NCBI GenBank assembly: GCA_964627915.1 | Contig: CAZVKY010000002.1 | Coordinates: forward strand, 1,727-65,726 | Origin: an uncultured Thermoplasmatales archaeon | Lineage (GTDB): Archaea > Thermoplasmatota > E2 > DHVEG-1 | Length of the DNA: 64,000 nt | Direction: 5' to 3' | Shown here: piece after piece, positions 18,277-28,374 of the stretch | Layout: each line of letters starts with the position of its first letter | Position numbering within the stretch: position 1 is the first letter of the stretch | Position numbers and translations under genes: made by a program | The notes under the pieces: generated by a model | Databases searched by the model: none | What the model saw: only the letters and a program-made list of their open reading frames with translations | Told to the model about the DNA's origin: nothing

Positions 18277-21117
18277 ATGACTTCTTCAGTGTTTTCACGA
18301 CTTCATCCTTCTATTCAATCCCTGCTTAAGCATCAACAGATGCTTCATCCCACGCAGCCTCAAAAAAAAGCAATTCCCCCTATTTTAGAAAACAAGCATG
18401 TATTGTTACTAGCTCCCACAGGTCATGGTAAAACCGAAGCGGCACTGCTTCCTGTTTTTGATCAGTTTCTTCAATTTAAGCAAAACAAGGCATCAGCAAA
18501 AAAGAAAGACGGGTTTTCAATTATTTATATTACCCCACTTCGTGCTCTGAATCGAGATATGTTACGGCGGACTTTTCGTTGGGGTGAACAGTTAGGCATT
18601 CGTATCGCGGTCCGTCATGGTGATACCACAAAAAGTGAACGAGCAAAACAATCTCGGAACCCCCCAGATATGCTCATTACAACTCCTGAAACATTTCAAA
18701 TTTTATTTGTGGGAAAAAGATTGAGGAAACATTTGCAGACTGTTCAATGGCTAATTATTGATGAAATCCATGAATTGGCTCATGATGAACGAGGGGCACA
18801 ACTCTCTGTCGGCATGGAACGTTTAGTTGAAATAACCAAAGAATCCCATTCATTTCAACGAATAGGTCTTTCAGCAACAGTGGGATCAACAGAGGAAGTC
18901 TCTCATTTCCTCGCTGGTTTAAAAAATAATTCTTTCCGAGAGGTAACGGTCGTAGAAGTAGATACTGTCAAGGATGTTGATCTAGAAGTAAGGCTCCCCC
19001 AAATTACTTCATTTGATCAACAGAAAGCAGCTGAGCTTTCAATGGAACCAATGTCCTTTGCAGCATTGAAACGATCTCATACATTGATTAATGAGCATAC
19101 GTCTACTCTTTTTTTTGTGAATACTCGCGATGGAGCTGAGATTTTAACTTCTCGTTTTCATCTCTGGAAACCAGATCTATCCATCGGTGTCCATCATGGT
19201 TCACTTTCAAAACAGGCACGGGTGGAAGCTGAGGATAAATTTAAGGATGGTCGTTTTTTATCTCTTATTTGTACATCTTCTTTGGAACTTGGTATTGATG
19301 TAGGTGACACTGATTTTATCATTCAGTATAATTCTCCTCGTGAAGTCACCCGTTTAGTGCAACGGATTGGACGATCGGGTCATAAGATCGGGAAAACCTC
19401 TGCTGGAGAAATCATTACTACAACACCTGAGGATCTTGCAGAAAGCTTAGTTATTGGTCGGAGAATGCTTCACCGGGAACTTGAGGTGTTTGCAGTACGA
19501 AAGAATCCATTGTCTGTGCTAGCGAATCAAATTATATCTATTGCCCTTGCTTCTGGAAGAATCCATAAAACGGATCTTTATGCGTTGTTGAAACGGACGT
19601 GTTCATTTCATCAGCTTTCGGAGAGTCAATTTGATCGTATTCTGTTACAATTGAGAAATCAAAGAAGTCTTTGGATGGAGGACGATTATATTGGCAAACG
19701 AAGGAATTCTAGACATTATTTTTTGGATAATATTTCTATGATCCCAGATGAAAAAACCTATATGGCGGTTGATATCTCCAGTCGAAAGAGTATTGGAAAA
19801 CTTGATGAAAGCTTTGTGATCAATTGTGGATTTGAGGGAGCTAAATTTATTTTACATGGTCGACCTTGGACGATTATAAAGATTGAAGAGGAAAAAATCC
19901 TGGTTTCCCAAACAAAAGAACTCGGAGAGATTCCATCTTGGTCCGGTGAGGATATACCAGTTCCTTTTGAGGTTGCTTTGGAAGTTGGTCGTCTTCGCCG
20001 TCGGATTAGACTTGGTGAAACAATTGATGAATATCCCTGTCAAAAATCAACATTTTCTGTGTTGGAAAGTGAGATTCAAAAACAGATTAAACAGGGTTTT
20101 ATCGTTCCAGATGATAAAACGATAACTCTTGAAGTGGATGATAAAACTCTGATTATTAATTGCTGCTGGGGCACAAAAGTAAATGAGACATTGGGGCGAA
20201 TTATTTCTGCATTGCTTGCTCAATCTATTGGTGAAAGTGTGGGAATCACCAATGATCCGTATCGAATACAGCTAGAAATGCCAGCAAGGATGCCTCCACA
20301 AAAAATAAAGGAGATATTGGAAACAGTGGATCCAGATTCCTTAGAGTATCTGTTGCATACTATTCTTAGAAATTCGACATATGTTCGTTGGCAGTTGGTT
20401 CATGCCGCGAGAAAATTTGGTGCATTACGAAAAGATTTTGATTACAAAAATGTGGGTATAAAGCGATTGTTTAATTTGTTTGAGCAGAGCCCTATTTTTG
20501 AGGAGGCGGTTGATAAACTTATCTGGGAACGGATGGATATTATTCATACTCAACAAATCCTACAACAAATTCAACGGGAAAAAATTAAGCTTATCATTCA
20601 ACGAATTTCTCCTATTGGTCACTCAGGTGGAGAAACAATGCGAGGGTTGATGGTTCCAAAGCGACCTGATCGCACTATTCTTATGGCCTTGAAAAAACGG
20701 TTGGATGATCGTAGAATCGTTCTTGCCTGTGTCAATTGTCATCATATCTGGTCTACATCAGTGGGAAGAGCACCAATTCATCCGAAATGTTCTCGATGTA
20801 ATGCGATTAAAATTGCAGCGATTCCTGAGTATCGAACGGAAGAAATTGATTTGTTCAAGAAAAAATCATTAACGAGCATTGAAAAAAGAGAATTCCGTCG
20901 ATTATTGAAAAATGCTGGCTTAATCCTCACATATGGAAAACCTGCTATTGCTTGTCTCATGGGACGGGGTATTGGTCCGGACACTGCAGCTAGGATTCTT
21001 CGAAAATATGATACCATGGAGTTATTGAAATCTGAGAATGCTCAGTTAAAGTTTTTAAGAGATATTCATAAAGCAGAGGTTCATTATGCTCAAACAAAAG
21101 GATTTTGGGATACATAA
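18277..21117 (+). CDS. lhr: Lhr-type ATP-dependent helicase (DEAD/DEAH box + DEAD/H-associated domain)
   Basis: Walker A LLLAPTGHGKTEAALLP, IIYITPLRALNRDM, DEAH-like DEIHEL, helicase C motifs (QRIGRSGH). Large C-terminal domain with a Cys cluster (CVNCHHIWSTSVGRAPIHPKCSRCNAIKI). Size of 946 aa is typical for Lhr-core. Confidence 0.85.
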   Translation: MTSSVFSRLHPSIQSLLKHQQMLHPTQPQKKAIPPILENKHVLLLAPTGHGKTEAALLPVFDQFLQFKQNKASAKKKDGFSIIYITPLRALNRDMLRRTFRWGEQLGIRIAVRHGDTTKSERAKQSRNPPDMLITTPETFQILFVGKRLRKHLQTVQWLIIDEIHELAHDERGAQLSVGMERLVEITKESHSFQRIGLSATVGSTEEVSHFLAGLKNNSFREVTVVEVDTVKDVDLEVRLPQITSFDQQKAAELSMEPMSFAALKRSHTLINEHTSTLFFVNTRDGAEILTSRFHLWKPDLSIGVHHGSLSKQARVEAEDKFKDGRFLSLICTSSLELGIDVGDTDFIIQYNSPREVTRLVQRIGRSGHKIGKTSAGEIITTTPEDLAESLVIGRRMLHRELEVFAVRKNPLSVLANQIISIALASGRIHKTDLYALLKRTCSFHQLSESQFDRILLQLRNQRSLWMEDDYIGKRRNSRHYFLDNISMIPDEKTYMAVDISSRKSIGKLDESFVINCGFEGAKFILHGRPWTIIKIEEEKILVSQTKELGEIPSWSGEDIPVPFEVALEVGRLRRRIRLGETIDEYPCQKSTFSVLESEIQKQIKQGFIVPDDKTITLEVDDKTLIINCCWGTKVNETLGRIISALLAQSIGESVGITNDPYRIQLEMPARMPPQKIKEILETVDPDSLEYLLHTILRNSTYVRWQLVHAARKFGALRKDFDYKNVGIKRLFNLFEQSPIFEEAVDKLIWERMDIIHTQQILQQIQREKIKLIIQRISPIGHSGGETMRGLMVPKRPDRTILMALKKRLDDRRIVLACVNCHHIWSTSVGRAPIHPKCSRCNAIKIAAIPEYRTEEIDLFKKKSLTSIEKREFRRLLKNAGLILTYGKPAIACLMGRGIGPDTAARILRKYDTMELLKSENAQLKFLRDIHKAEVHYAQTKGFWDT

Positions 21118-21230
21118 TGAAAGGAAATCCCATCCATGAAAATCTTTTCTGAATTATTGATGCACCACAAGGTTTAAAACAATTGTTATATTGCCTAACC
21201 ATATAGAAGTAAAGAAATTTGGGTTGTTCA

Positions 21231-21800
21231 ATGAAAAAAAATATAGTTTTACCTGGTGATAAATTATCGACATCTGAGGAACTTCTTTCTGGAGAAGGCA
21301 CCTTTGAAGAAGATGGAATTATCCGTGCCGCTCGCATGGGAGAATATATTGTAGATTCAAAAAATAGACAGGCGACTGTAGAACCAATGACCAGTGTCCC
21401 TGTTCTTCTCAACAAAGGAGATACGGTGCTTGCAGAGGTAGGTTCAGTTCGATCATCTATGGTCATTGCTGATGTAATCCATGTGATTGGGAAACAAAGA
21501 CCAATTTCTGGAGATACGAATGGAACACTACATATCTCAGAGATATCTAGTGGTTATGTGAAGGATCCAAGTGATGTTTATTCGCTGGGGGATATCTTCC
21601 GAGCCAAAGTCATTCAGGTAACTCCAAGTGTTCAACTGACGACCAAGGGAAATAATTTTGGGGTAATTAAAGCACTATGTGCTGAGTGCCGCCATTCGCT
21701 TGATAGTAAGGGAAATATCCTTGAGTGTCCCATCTGCAGTCATAAAGAAAAACGAAAAATGGCACATGATTATGGAAATTATGATATTAGCAAATTATAA
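21231..21800 (+). CDS. csl4: exosome complex RNA-binding protein Csl4
   Basis: N-terminal beta domain (LPGDKLSTSEE...GEGTFEEDGIIRAARMGEY), S1 domain, and C-terminal zinc ribbon CAECRHSLDSKGNILECPICSH. Track start 21219 is TTG. ATG 21231 (MKKNIV) is preferred. Confidence 0.85.
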   Translation: MKKNIVLPGDKLSTSEELLSGEGTFEEDGIIRAARMGEYIVDSKNRQATVEPMTSVPVLLNKGDTVLAEVGSVRSSMVIADVIHVIGKQRPISGDTNGTLHISEISSGYVKDPSDVYSLGDIFRAKVIQVTPSVQLTTKGNNFGVIKALCAECRHSLDSKGNILECPICSHKEKRKMAHDYGNYDISKL

Positions 21801-21846
21801 ACATCATTGTTATTAACAAATCTGATCTGATATGGGGAAGTAAACT

Positions 21847-22167
21847 ATGGAAATGAAAACCATAAAAAGCACATCAAAACAAATTGAGGTTGAGATTATT
21901 GATGAAAATGAAACCTTGCTCAATCCAATTACACAGGTTCTTCTTCAGCAGGATGAAGTTGAGTATGCTTCAACCATTACAAAGCATCCTGCTGCACCAT
22001 CAAGACGGTTATATCTCCGATTGAAGGCAGGAACAAAATCAAAACCTGAAACTATTTTGAAAAAAGCAGTGAAAGAGGTTCAAAAGCAGGTGAAGACGTT
22101 TAAAAAGGAATATGAAAAAGCACGTCCTTCATCTCAATCTTCAACCAAAAAGAAATCATCAAGCTAA
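21847..22167 (+). CDS. rpoL: DNA-directed RNA polymerase subunit L (Rpb11 homolog)
   Basis: ETLLNPITQVLLQQDEVEYASTITKHPAAPSRRLYLRLKAG matches the RpoL/Rpb11 dimerisation-domain pattern (HTLGN...DV.FAGY..PHPL...). Conserved csl4-rpoL adjacency. Confidence 0.75.
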   Translation: MEMKTIKSTSKQIEVEIIDENETLLNPITQVLLQQDEVEYASTITKHPAAPSRRLYLRLKAGTKSKPETILKKAVKEVQKQVKTFKKEYEKARPSSQSSTKKKSSS

Positions 22168-22176
22168 TCTGTATGC

Positions 22177-23487
22177 ATGCAAGCTTCTGTCGTAGAACAA
22201 AGTATTGGCATTACTACTTTTTTTTCAGAGTATCCAGGGATAAATGGAACTCTTCGCAGCTTACCATCTGATTTCAGGGTCTGTGAAATACCTTTATCAT
22301 TTTCTGAAGCTTCAAAGGCTAAATTTTCTATTGCTAAAATAACTGCAGAGAATTGGGAAACGAATCATCTCATCCGCATGATTTCTAAAAAATTACATAT
22401 CTCCCGCAAACGAATTTCCTTTGCAGGTACAAAGGATAAACGAGCAATAAGTACCCAATTTTTTTCCTTTTACCGGATGAAACCTGATAAAATCAAAGAG
22501 ATTCATTTAAAAGATGTTTCAATCGATGAGGTCTTTGCTTCAAAAAATGGTCTTCATCTTGGAGATTTAGTTGGTAATGATTTCAGGATTATCATTAGAA
22601 ATCTTGAGAACAACATGGATTTAAAAACGGTTCAATCATGTTTTATTCCATTCCAAAAGATTCTGGGTTTTCCAAATTTTTTTGGAGTACAACGATTTGG
22701 AATTATTCGACCATTAACTCATATTGTGGGAAAACATCTGGTTGAAGGTGATTTTGAAAAAGCAGTGATGACCTATCTATCTGCTGTGTTTGAAGATGAG
22801 GATACGCAGTGTAATAAGATTAGAAAACAGCTCGCTAAGACGGGTGATATGAAGCAGGCTCTTATTGATTTTCCAAATCAATTACAGTTTGAAAAAGCAA
22901 TGCTCAATCATTTGGTTAGATATCCTGATGATTATATTGGTGCATTGAAACAATTACCAACTAATTTGTTGACTATGTTTGTGTATGCGTTTCAATCGTA
23001 TCTTTTTAATAAAATGCTGAGCAAACGAATCCAAATGGACCTTCCTTTGCATCAAGCTGTTGAAGGAGATGTCATCCTTCCTGTCCGCCATAAAGATATC
23101 GAGGATGAACCCATACCTGTTTCTTCGCAAAATATTGATAAAGTCAATAAGCAGCTGAAAAAAAAGAAGGGTTATGTGAGTAGTATTCTTCTGGGCAGTG
23201 ATTCTACTTTTTCTAAAGGCATGATGGGTGAAATCGAGCATCGCATCGTTGAAGATGAGAAGATTGATTATCGAAATTTTATCATTCCAGAACTTCCCAC
23301 GGCTTCATCGTATGGGAAACGGAGAGCACTTTTTGCCCCGTTGGAAAATCTTTCTTATTCATTGATGGATGATTCCATGCATAGTGGTAAAAAAGCAGTG
23401 ACTGTTTCTTTTCGTTTGTTAAAAGGCTGTTATGCCACATCATTTCTTCGGGAGATTATGAAAGCTGATGAAATCACTCAGTATTGA
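22177..23487 (+). CDS. truD: tRNA pseudouridine(13) synthase TruD (Pus7-type)
   Basis: PSDFRVCEIPL near the N-terminus and catalytic-Asp motif FAGTKDKRAISTQ (GxKD) characteristic of TruD. 436 aa is the typical archaeal TruD length. Confidence 0.85.
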   Translation: MQASVVEQSIGITTFFSEYPGINGTLRSLPSDFRVCEIPLSFSEASKAKFSIAKITAENWETNHLIRMISKKLHISRKRISFAGTKDKRAISTQFFSFYRMKPDKIKEIHLKDVSIDEVFASKNGLHLGDLVGNDFRIIIRNLENNMDLKTVQSCFIPFQKILGFPNFFGVQRFGIIRPLTHIVGKHLVEGDFEKAVMTYLSAVFEDEDTQCNKIRKQLAKTGDMKQALIDFPNQLQFEKAMLNHLVRYPDDYIGALKQLPTNLLTMFVYAFQSYLFNKMLSKRIQMDLPLHQAVEGDVILPVRHKDIEDEPIPVSSQNIDKVNKQLKKKKGYVSSILLGSDSTFSKGMMGEIEHRIVEDEKIDYRNFIIPELPTASSYGKRRALFAPLENLSYSLMDDSMHSGKKAVTVSFRLLKGCYATSFLREIMKADEITQY

Positions 23488-23579
23488 TGAAAGTGAAAAA
23501 GGAACATCAAATATTGTGTTCGATACATTTAAATGATGTATAATGGTTTAAGCGTTTTTAAAAAATGAGGTAAGATAGC

Positions 23580-24143
23580 ATGGGCATATTGCTTATTGTC
23601 GGTATTGTTGTATTAATACTGGTGGTCTTTTTTGCGTTGATTTACTGGGGATTTTACAATAGGATTATCCGACTTGAAAACAGAATTGATAATTCCTGGG
23701 CACAAATCGATGTGCAGTTGAAAAGAAGAGCTGATTTGATTCCTAATCTGATGGAAACAGTTAAAGGATATATGAAGCATGAAAAGGAAGTTTTGGAAAA
23801 TGTGACAAAAGCTCGTTCTGCGTTGATGTCTGCAGAAACACCACAGGATAACATTGATGCAGATAACATGTTAACTGGTGCATTAAAATCATTGTTTGCA
23901 GTCTCTGAGAATTATCCTGATTTAAAAGCAAATCAGAATTTTTTGAATCTTCAAGATGAATTAACTCACACGGAGGATAAAATAGCTTATTCCCGTCAAC
24001 ATTATAATGATTCTGTGCTTGCGTTTAACAATATCGTGGAAACTATTCCAGGTGTATGGTTTGCAAAACGAATGGGAAAATCTACTAGAGATATGTTGGA
24101 GATACCTGAGGAATCAAAAGAACTTCCAAAAGTTGAATTCTGA
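23580..24143 (+). CDS. lemA: LemA family protein
   Basis: N-terminal TM helix then NRIIRLENRIDNSWAQIDVQLKRRADLIPNLMETVKGY...YPDLKANQNF. Characteristic LemA sequence. Confidence 0.9.
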   Translation: MGILLIVGIVVLILVVFFALIYWGFYNRIIRLENRIDNSWAQIDVQLKRRADLIPNLMETVKGYMKHEKEVLENVTKARSALMSAETPQDNIDADNMLTGALKSLFAVSENYPDLKANQNFLNLQDELTHTEDKIAYSRQHYNDSVLAFNNIVETIPGVWFAKRMGKSTRDMLEIPEESKELPKVEF

Positions 24144-24166
24144 ATTAATAATTCTAGATTGTTTGG

Positions 24167-25078
24167 ATGGCCATGGCTCAAAAAATGCTGATTGAGGATC
24201 ATATTAAACATAACAAGCGGATGACGTTTGTTGTTTGCACCTTGATGGCATTGTTATTTATTGGTTTTGTCTTTGCCATTGGCTATATTTATTTCGGAAA
24301 CATCTATGTTTCCTTGTTTTTTGCTGTTCCTATTGCGGTGGTCTATATTGCTATTACGTATTCTTTTTCAGTAAAAACTGTTCTTTCTGCTGCAAAGGCT
24401 CGACCGGCAAATCCACGGATTCGTGAAGAAAAACTACTGATTTATAAAGTTGAGGAAATGGCTCTTGCTGCAGGGCTTCCTACTCCGAAGGTTTACATTC
24501 AAGAATCAGATATTATCAATGCCTTTGCTACTGGGAAAAAACCAGAAGAAGCAATCATTTGTGCTACCACGGGGGCTATCAGAAAACTCAAAAATGATGA
24601 ATTAGAAGGAGTTATCGCTCATGAGATGAGTCATATTAAAAATCATGATATTCTCATTGCTACCGTTACTATTGGTGTGGTAGGAGCGATTTCACTTATT
24701 GCTGAGATTATCTTTTATTCTTTTTTATGGGGTGGAGGAGTACGTGGTAGACGAAATGACGGAAATGGTATCTTGATTCTTGTTGCTATTTTATTAGCAA
24801 TACTGGCCCCTATTTTTGCTCGATTAACCTATTTAGCTATTTCAAGGAAACGAGAGTATCTTGCTGATTCAAATGGGGCCTATCTTTCTCGTAACCCTGA
24901 GGGATTAGCAAAGGCTTTAGAGCGAATAAAACAGGATCATCCTCGTGAAAAGCCCAAGGGATCAAAAACAGTGGCTCCTCTCTATCTTTCAAATCCCTTT
25001 AAAAAACAAAATACGAACTCGTTGTGGGCGACTCATCCTCCTATAGACGAACGCATTAGACGACTCAGATCAATGTAG
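24167..25078 (+). CDS. htpX: M48-family zinc metalloprotease HtpX-like
   Basis: Two N-terminal TM helices, HEXXH motif in GVIAHEMSHIKNHD, two further TM helices. Classic lemA-htpX gene pair. Confidence 0.85.
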   Translation: MAMAQKMLIEDHIKHNKRMTFVVCTLMALLFIGFVFAIGYIYFGNIYVSLFFAVPIAVVYIAITYSFSVKTVLSAAKARPANPRIREEKLLIYKVEEMALAAGLPTPKVYIQESDIINAFATGKKPEEAIICATTGAIRKLKNDELEGVIAHEMSHIKNHDILIATVTIGVVGAISLIAEIIFYSFLWGGGVRGRRNDGNGILILVAILLAILAPIFARLTYLAISRKREYLADSNGAYLSRNPEGLAKALERIKQDHPREKPKGSKTVAPLYLSNPFKKQNTNSLWATHPPIDERIRRLRSM

Positions 25079-25227
25079 TTATTTTTAGTTAGATGACAAA
25101 AACAGAGGTTTTTCTGTAAAATTGTATCGTTGTAACGGATGGAAATGGTTTTAACCGAGGTATCTTATTAAGGGAGCGATTTAAGCAGTAATAGTCATAA
25201 AATGTGTTTGTCTTGGTGAACGGAAAA

Positions 25228-28200
25228 ATGATTCAATCTCCTCCGCAGAAATATAATCCCAAAGCCGTTGAACAAAAGATTCTTGACTTTTGGAAAGAAC
25301 AAAAAATCTTTCATAAATCAATTGAAAAAAGAAAGAACAGTGAACCATATGTGTTTCTTGAAGGTCCACCAACGGCCAATGGTTTGCCTCATCCAGGGCA
25401 TGTCTTGACTCGTGTGGTGAAGGATTTGATCCTCCGATATCAGACCATGCATGATCATTATATCCTTCGGAAAGCAGGATGGGATACGCATGGGCTCCCC
25501 GTTGAAATCGAGGTGGAGAAAAAACTGGGATTGCATGATAAAAATGATGTAGAAACCTATGGGTTAAAAAATTTTAATAAGGAATGTAAACAAAGCGTCT
25601 TCAAATATGAGCATGCTTGGGTGGAGATGACTGAGCGTATTGGATTTTGGCTTGATATGGATCATCCCTATATCACGCTAAAAAATGATTATATTGAATC
25701 TGTTTGGTGGTCCCTTCAGCAAGCTTGGAGGAAAAAACTGTTGTATAAAGGCCATAAGGTTGTTCCTTATTGTCCTCGTTGTGGTACTGCGCTTTCTGCT
25801 CATGAGGTTGCTCAGGGCTATAAAGCAGTGCAAGAACCCTCTATTTTTGTGAAATTTAAAATCAAAGATGATGATGCGTTTTTGTTAGCTTGGACGACGA
25901 CGCCATGGACGTTACTTTCTAATGTTGCTCTGGCGGTTCATCCAGATGAACTTTACATAAAGATTAGATATCATGGGGAAACCATGATTCTAGCTGAAGA
26001 ACGAGCTGCGAGTTTGTTAAAAGGTCAGGATTATGAGCTTATTGATGGTTTTAAAGGTAAGGAATTAAAGGGAATGGAATATGAACCATTGTTTTCATTT
26101 GCGTCTTCTGAAAAAAAGGCCTGGTATGTCCTCCTTGCTGATTTTGTTACTATGGATGAGGGAACAGGTATCGTTCATATCGCTCCAGCATTCGGAGAGG
26201 ATGATTATAATGTTGGTATTGAACATGATTTACCGGTGATTCAGCTCGTCAAGCTTGATGGAACATTTAAAGATGAAGTTGATCCTTGGAAGGGTGAATT
26301 TGTAAAAGATGCGGATCCTAAAATCATTAAACATCTTGATGAACGTGGTTTATTGGAGGGTGTGAAGGATTATGAGCATGATTACCCGTTCTGCTGGAGA
26401 TGTGATTCACCGTTGTTGTATTATGCCATGGAATCCTGGTTTATTGCTATGTCAAAAGTGCAGGATGATCTCATTGATAATAATAATCAAATTCATTGGT
26501 ATCCCTCTCATCTACAGCAGGGTCGTTTTGGTGCTTTTATTAATGATGTGAAGGATTGGGCATTGTCAAGAAAACGATACTGGGGAACGCCTCTTCCTAT
26601 TTGGACATGTGAAAACAGAGAGTGTAAAAAACAGCTGTGTGTCGGTAGTGTTGAAGAGTTAAAACAATTAAGTGAAAACTTTACTGATGATTATGATTTG
26701 CATAAGCCTTATGTGGATCAATTAACCGTTAAATGTCCTGAGTGTAATGCTTTAATGAAACGGGAACCAGAGGTGATTGATTGTTGGTATGATTCTGGAT
26801 CATCTTTTTTTGCTCAGTGGCATTATCCGTTTGAAAACAAAGAATTATTTGAAAAAAATTTTCCAGTTGATTTCATTAGTGAAGCGCTAGATCAAACCCG
26901 TGGATGGTTTTACTCATTGCTTGCTATCTCAACTTTTTTATTTAACAAACCATCCTATAAGAATGTACTGACCCTGGGTTTGGTACTTGATAAAAACAAT
27001 CGGAAGATGAGTAAAAGTAAACGGAATTATGTTGATCCAACTCATATCCTTGATCATGAAGGGGCTGATGCCCTACGTTGGTATCTACTCTCAGCGAATG
27101 CTCCTTGGACTTCAACTCGGTTTTTTGAAGAGGCAGTAAAAGAAACCTTAGCGAAATTTATTTTAACATTATGGAATTCTTATAATTTCTTTACTACCTA
27201 TGCGTCTCTTGATCAGTTTGATCCCAAAAAGGATACCGTTCCGATTAAAAAACGTTCTTTGCTTGATAAATGGGTTCTCAGTCGTTTTCATCAAACCTTG
27301 CACATCGTGCAAAATGAGATGACTTCTTTTTCATTACATAAAGCCGCACGAGCCATTGAACAGTTTCTTTCCGATGATTTCAGCAATTGGTATCTAAGAC
27401 GGTCTCGGAAACGATTATGGGCAGAGGAAAAAACGATGGATAAGATGGCAGGGTATTCAACCATGTATGAGACTTTCCTTGGCTTAACAAAGATGCTTGC
27501 TCCTTTTACACCATTTATCGCTGAGGAAATGTTTCAAAATCTTCACACGGAGGATATGAAGGAAAGTGTTCATCTTTGTGATTATCCAACGTATGAAAAA
27601 ACGTATGTGGATGAAGAACTGGAAGAAGGGATGCAGCAGATTCGAACATTGGTAGAAGTTGGCCGAGCATTAAGATCTAAGATTGGTATCAAAGTTCGTT
27701 ATCCTCTTTCTCAGGCAACATTGGTCTGCAGCAAAGAAGTTGAACAAAAAATCACGCCACTTCTTGATTTATTAAATGAAGAAATAAATGTGAAAAAGAT
27801 TGTCTTTGATCGAAACACTGATAAATTTATGACTCAAAAGGTAAAACCAAATTATGGAGTGCTTGGACCACGATTAAAGGGAAAAGCAAAACAGGTCTTT
27901 TCTCAACTGCAGTCAATGGATGCAAAGAAACTGTATCAGCAGTTAAAAAAAGATGGTACCATTGAGATTCAGATAGATGATGAAATGATTTCCTTAACCC
28001 TGGATGATTTTGATATGGTCGAACAGGAAAAAGAACATATCGCTCGTACAGAAACCGGTGATGCAGTACTTCTGCTTGAAACTGAATTAACTGAAGAACT
28101 GGAAGCTGAAGGTTTTGCTCGGGAGATTGTTCGTCGTATTCAATCGATGAGAAAGGAACTTGATCTTGATGTTGAACAGCATATTATGACTTCGCTTTTT

Positions 28201-28359
28201 ATCCCTGATGAGAAAAAAACTGATCTTTGTAAATGGGAATCATATATTCAGGATGAAACTCGGTCAAAATCCCTTGTTTTCAGCCAGAAACCAACAGGTA
28301 AACTAGTGAAAACCTGGGATATCGAAGGAATTAAGATTACTATTGGGGTTAATCCATAA
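25228..28359 (+). CDS. ileS: isoleucine--tRNA ligase
   Basis: HIGH motif GLPHPGHVLT, KMSKS motif NRKMSKSKRN, editing-domain and zinc-finger blocks (CPRCGT, CPECNA). 1043 aa. ATG 25228 is preceded by GGTGA. Track start 25204 is GTG. Confidence 0.95.
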   Translation: MIQSPPQKYNPKAVEQKILDFWKEQKIFHKSIEKRKNSEPYVFLEGPPTANGLPHPGHVLTRVVKDLILRYQTMHDHYILRKAGWDTHGLPVEIEVEKKLGLHDKNDVETYGLKNFNKECKQSVFKYEHAWVEMTERIGFWLDMDHPYITLKNDYIESVWWSLQQAWRKKLLYKGHKVVPYCPRCGTALSAHEVAQGYKAVQEPSIFVKFKIKDDDAFLLAWTTTPWTLLSNVALAVHPDELYIKIRYHGETMILAEERAASLLKGQDYELIDGFKGKELKGMEYEPLFSFASSEKKAWYVLLADFVTMDEGTGIVHIAPAFGEDDYNVGIEHDLPVIQLVKLDGTFKDEVDPWKGEFVKDADPKIIKHLDERGLLEGVKDYEHDYPFCWRCDSPLLYYAMESWFIAMSKVQDDLIDNNNQIHWYPSHLQQGRFGAFINDVKDWALSRKRYWGTPLPIWTCENRECKKQLCVGSVEELKQLSENFTDDYDLHKPYVDQLTVKCPECNALMKREPEVIDCWYDSGSSFFAQWHYPFENKELFEKNFPVDFISEALDQTRGWFYSLLAISTFLFNKPSYKNVLTLGLVLDKNNRKMSKSKRNYVDPTHILDHEGADALRWYLLSANAPWTSTRFFEEAVKETLAKFILTLWNSYNFFTTYASLDQFDPKKDTVPIKKRSLLDKWVLSRFHQTLHIVQNEMTSFSLHKAARAIEQFLSDDFSNWYLRRSRKRLWAEEKTMDKMAGYSTMYETFLGLTKMLAPFTPFIAEEMFQNLHTEDMKESVHLCDYPTYEKTYVDEELEEGMQQIRTLVEVGRALRSKIGIKVRYPLSQATLVCSKEVEQKITPLLDLLNEEINVKKIVFDRNTDKFMTQKVKPNYGVLGPRLKGKAKQVFSQLQSMDAKKLYQQLKKDGTIEIQIDDEMISLTLDDFDMVEQEKEHIARTETGDAVLLLETELTEELEAEGFAREIVRRIQSMRKELDLDVEQHIMTSLFIPDEKKTDLCKWESYIQDETRSKSLVFSQKPTGKLVKTWDIEGIKITIGVNP

Positions 28360-28374
28360 AACATGATTTTTTTA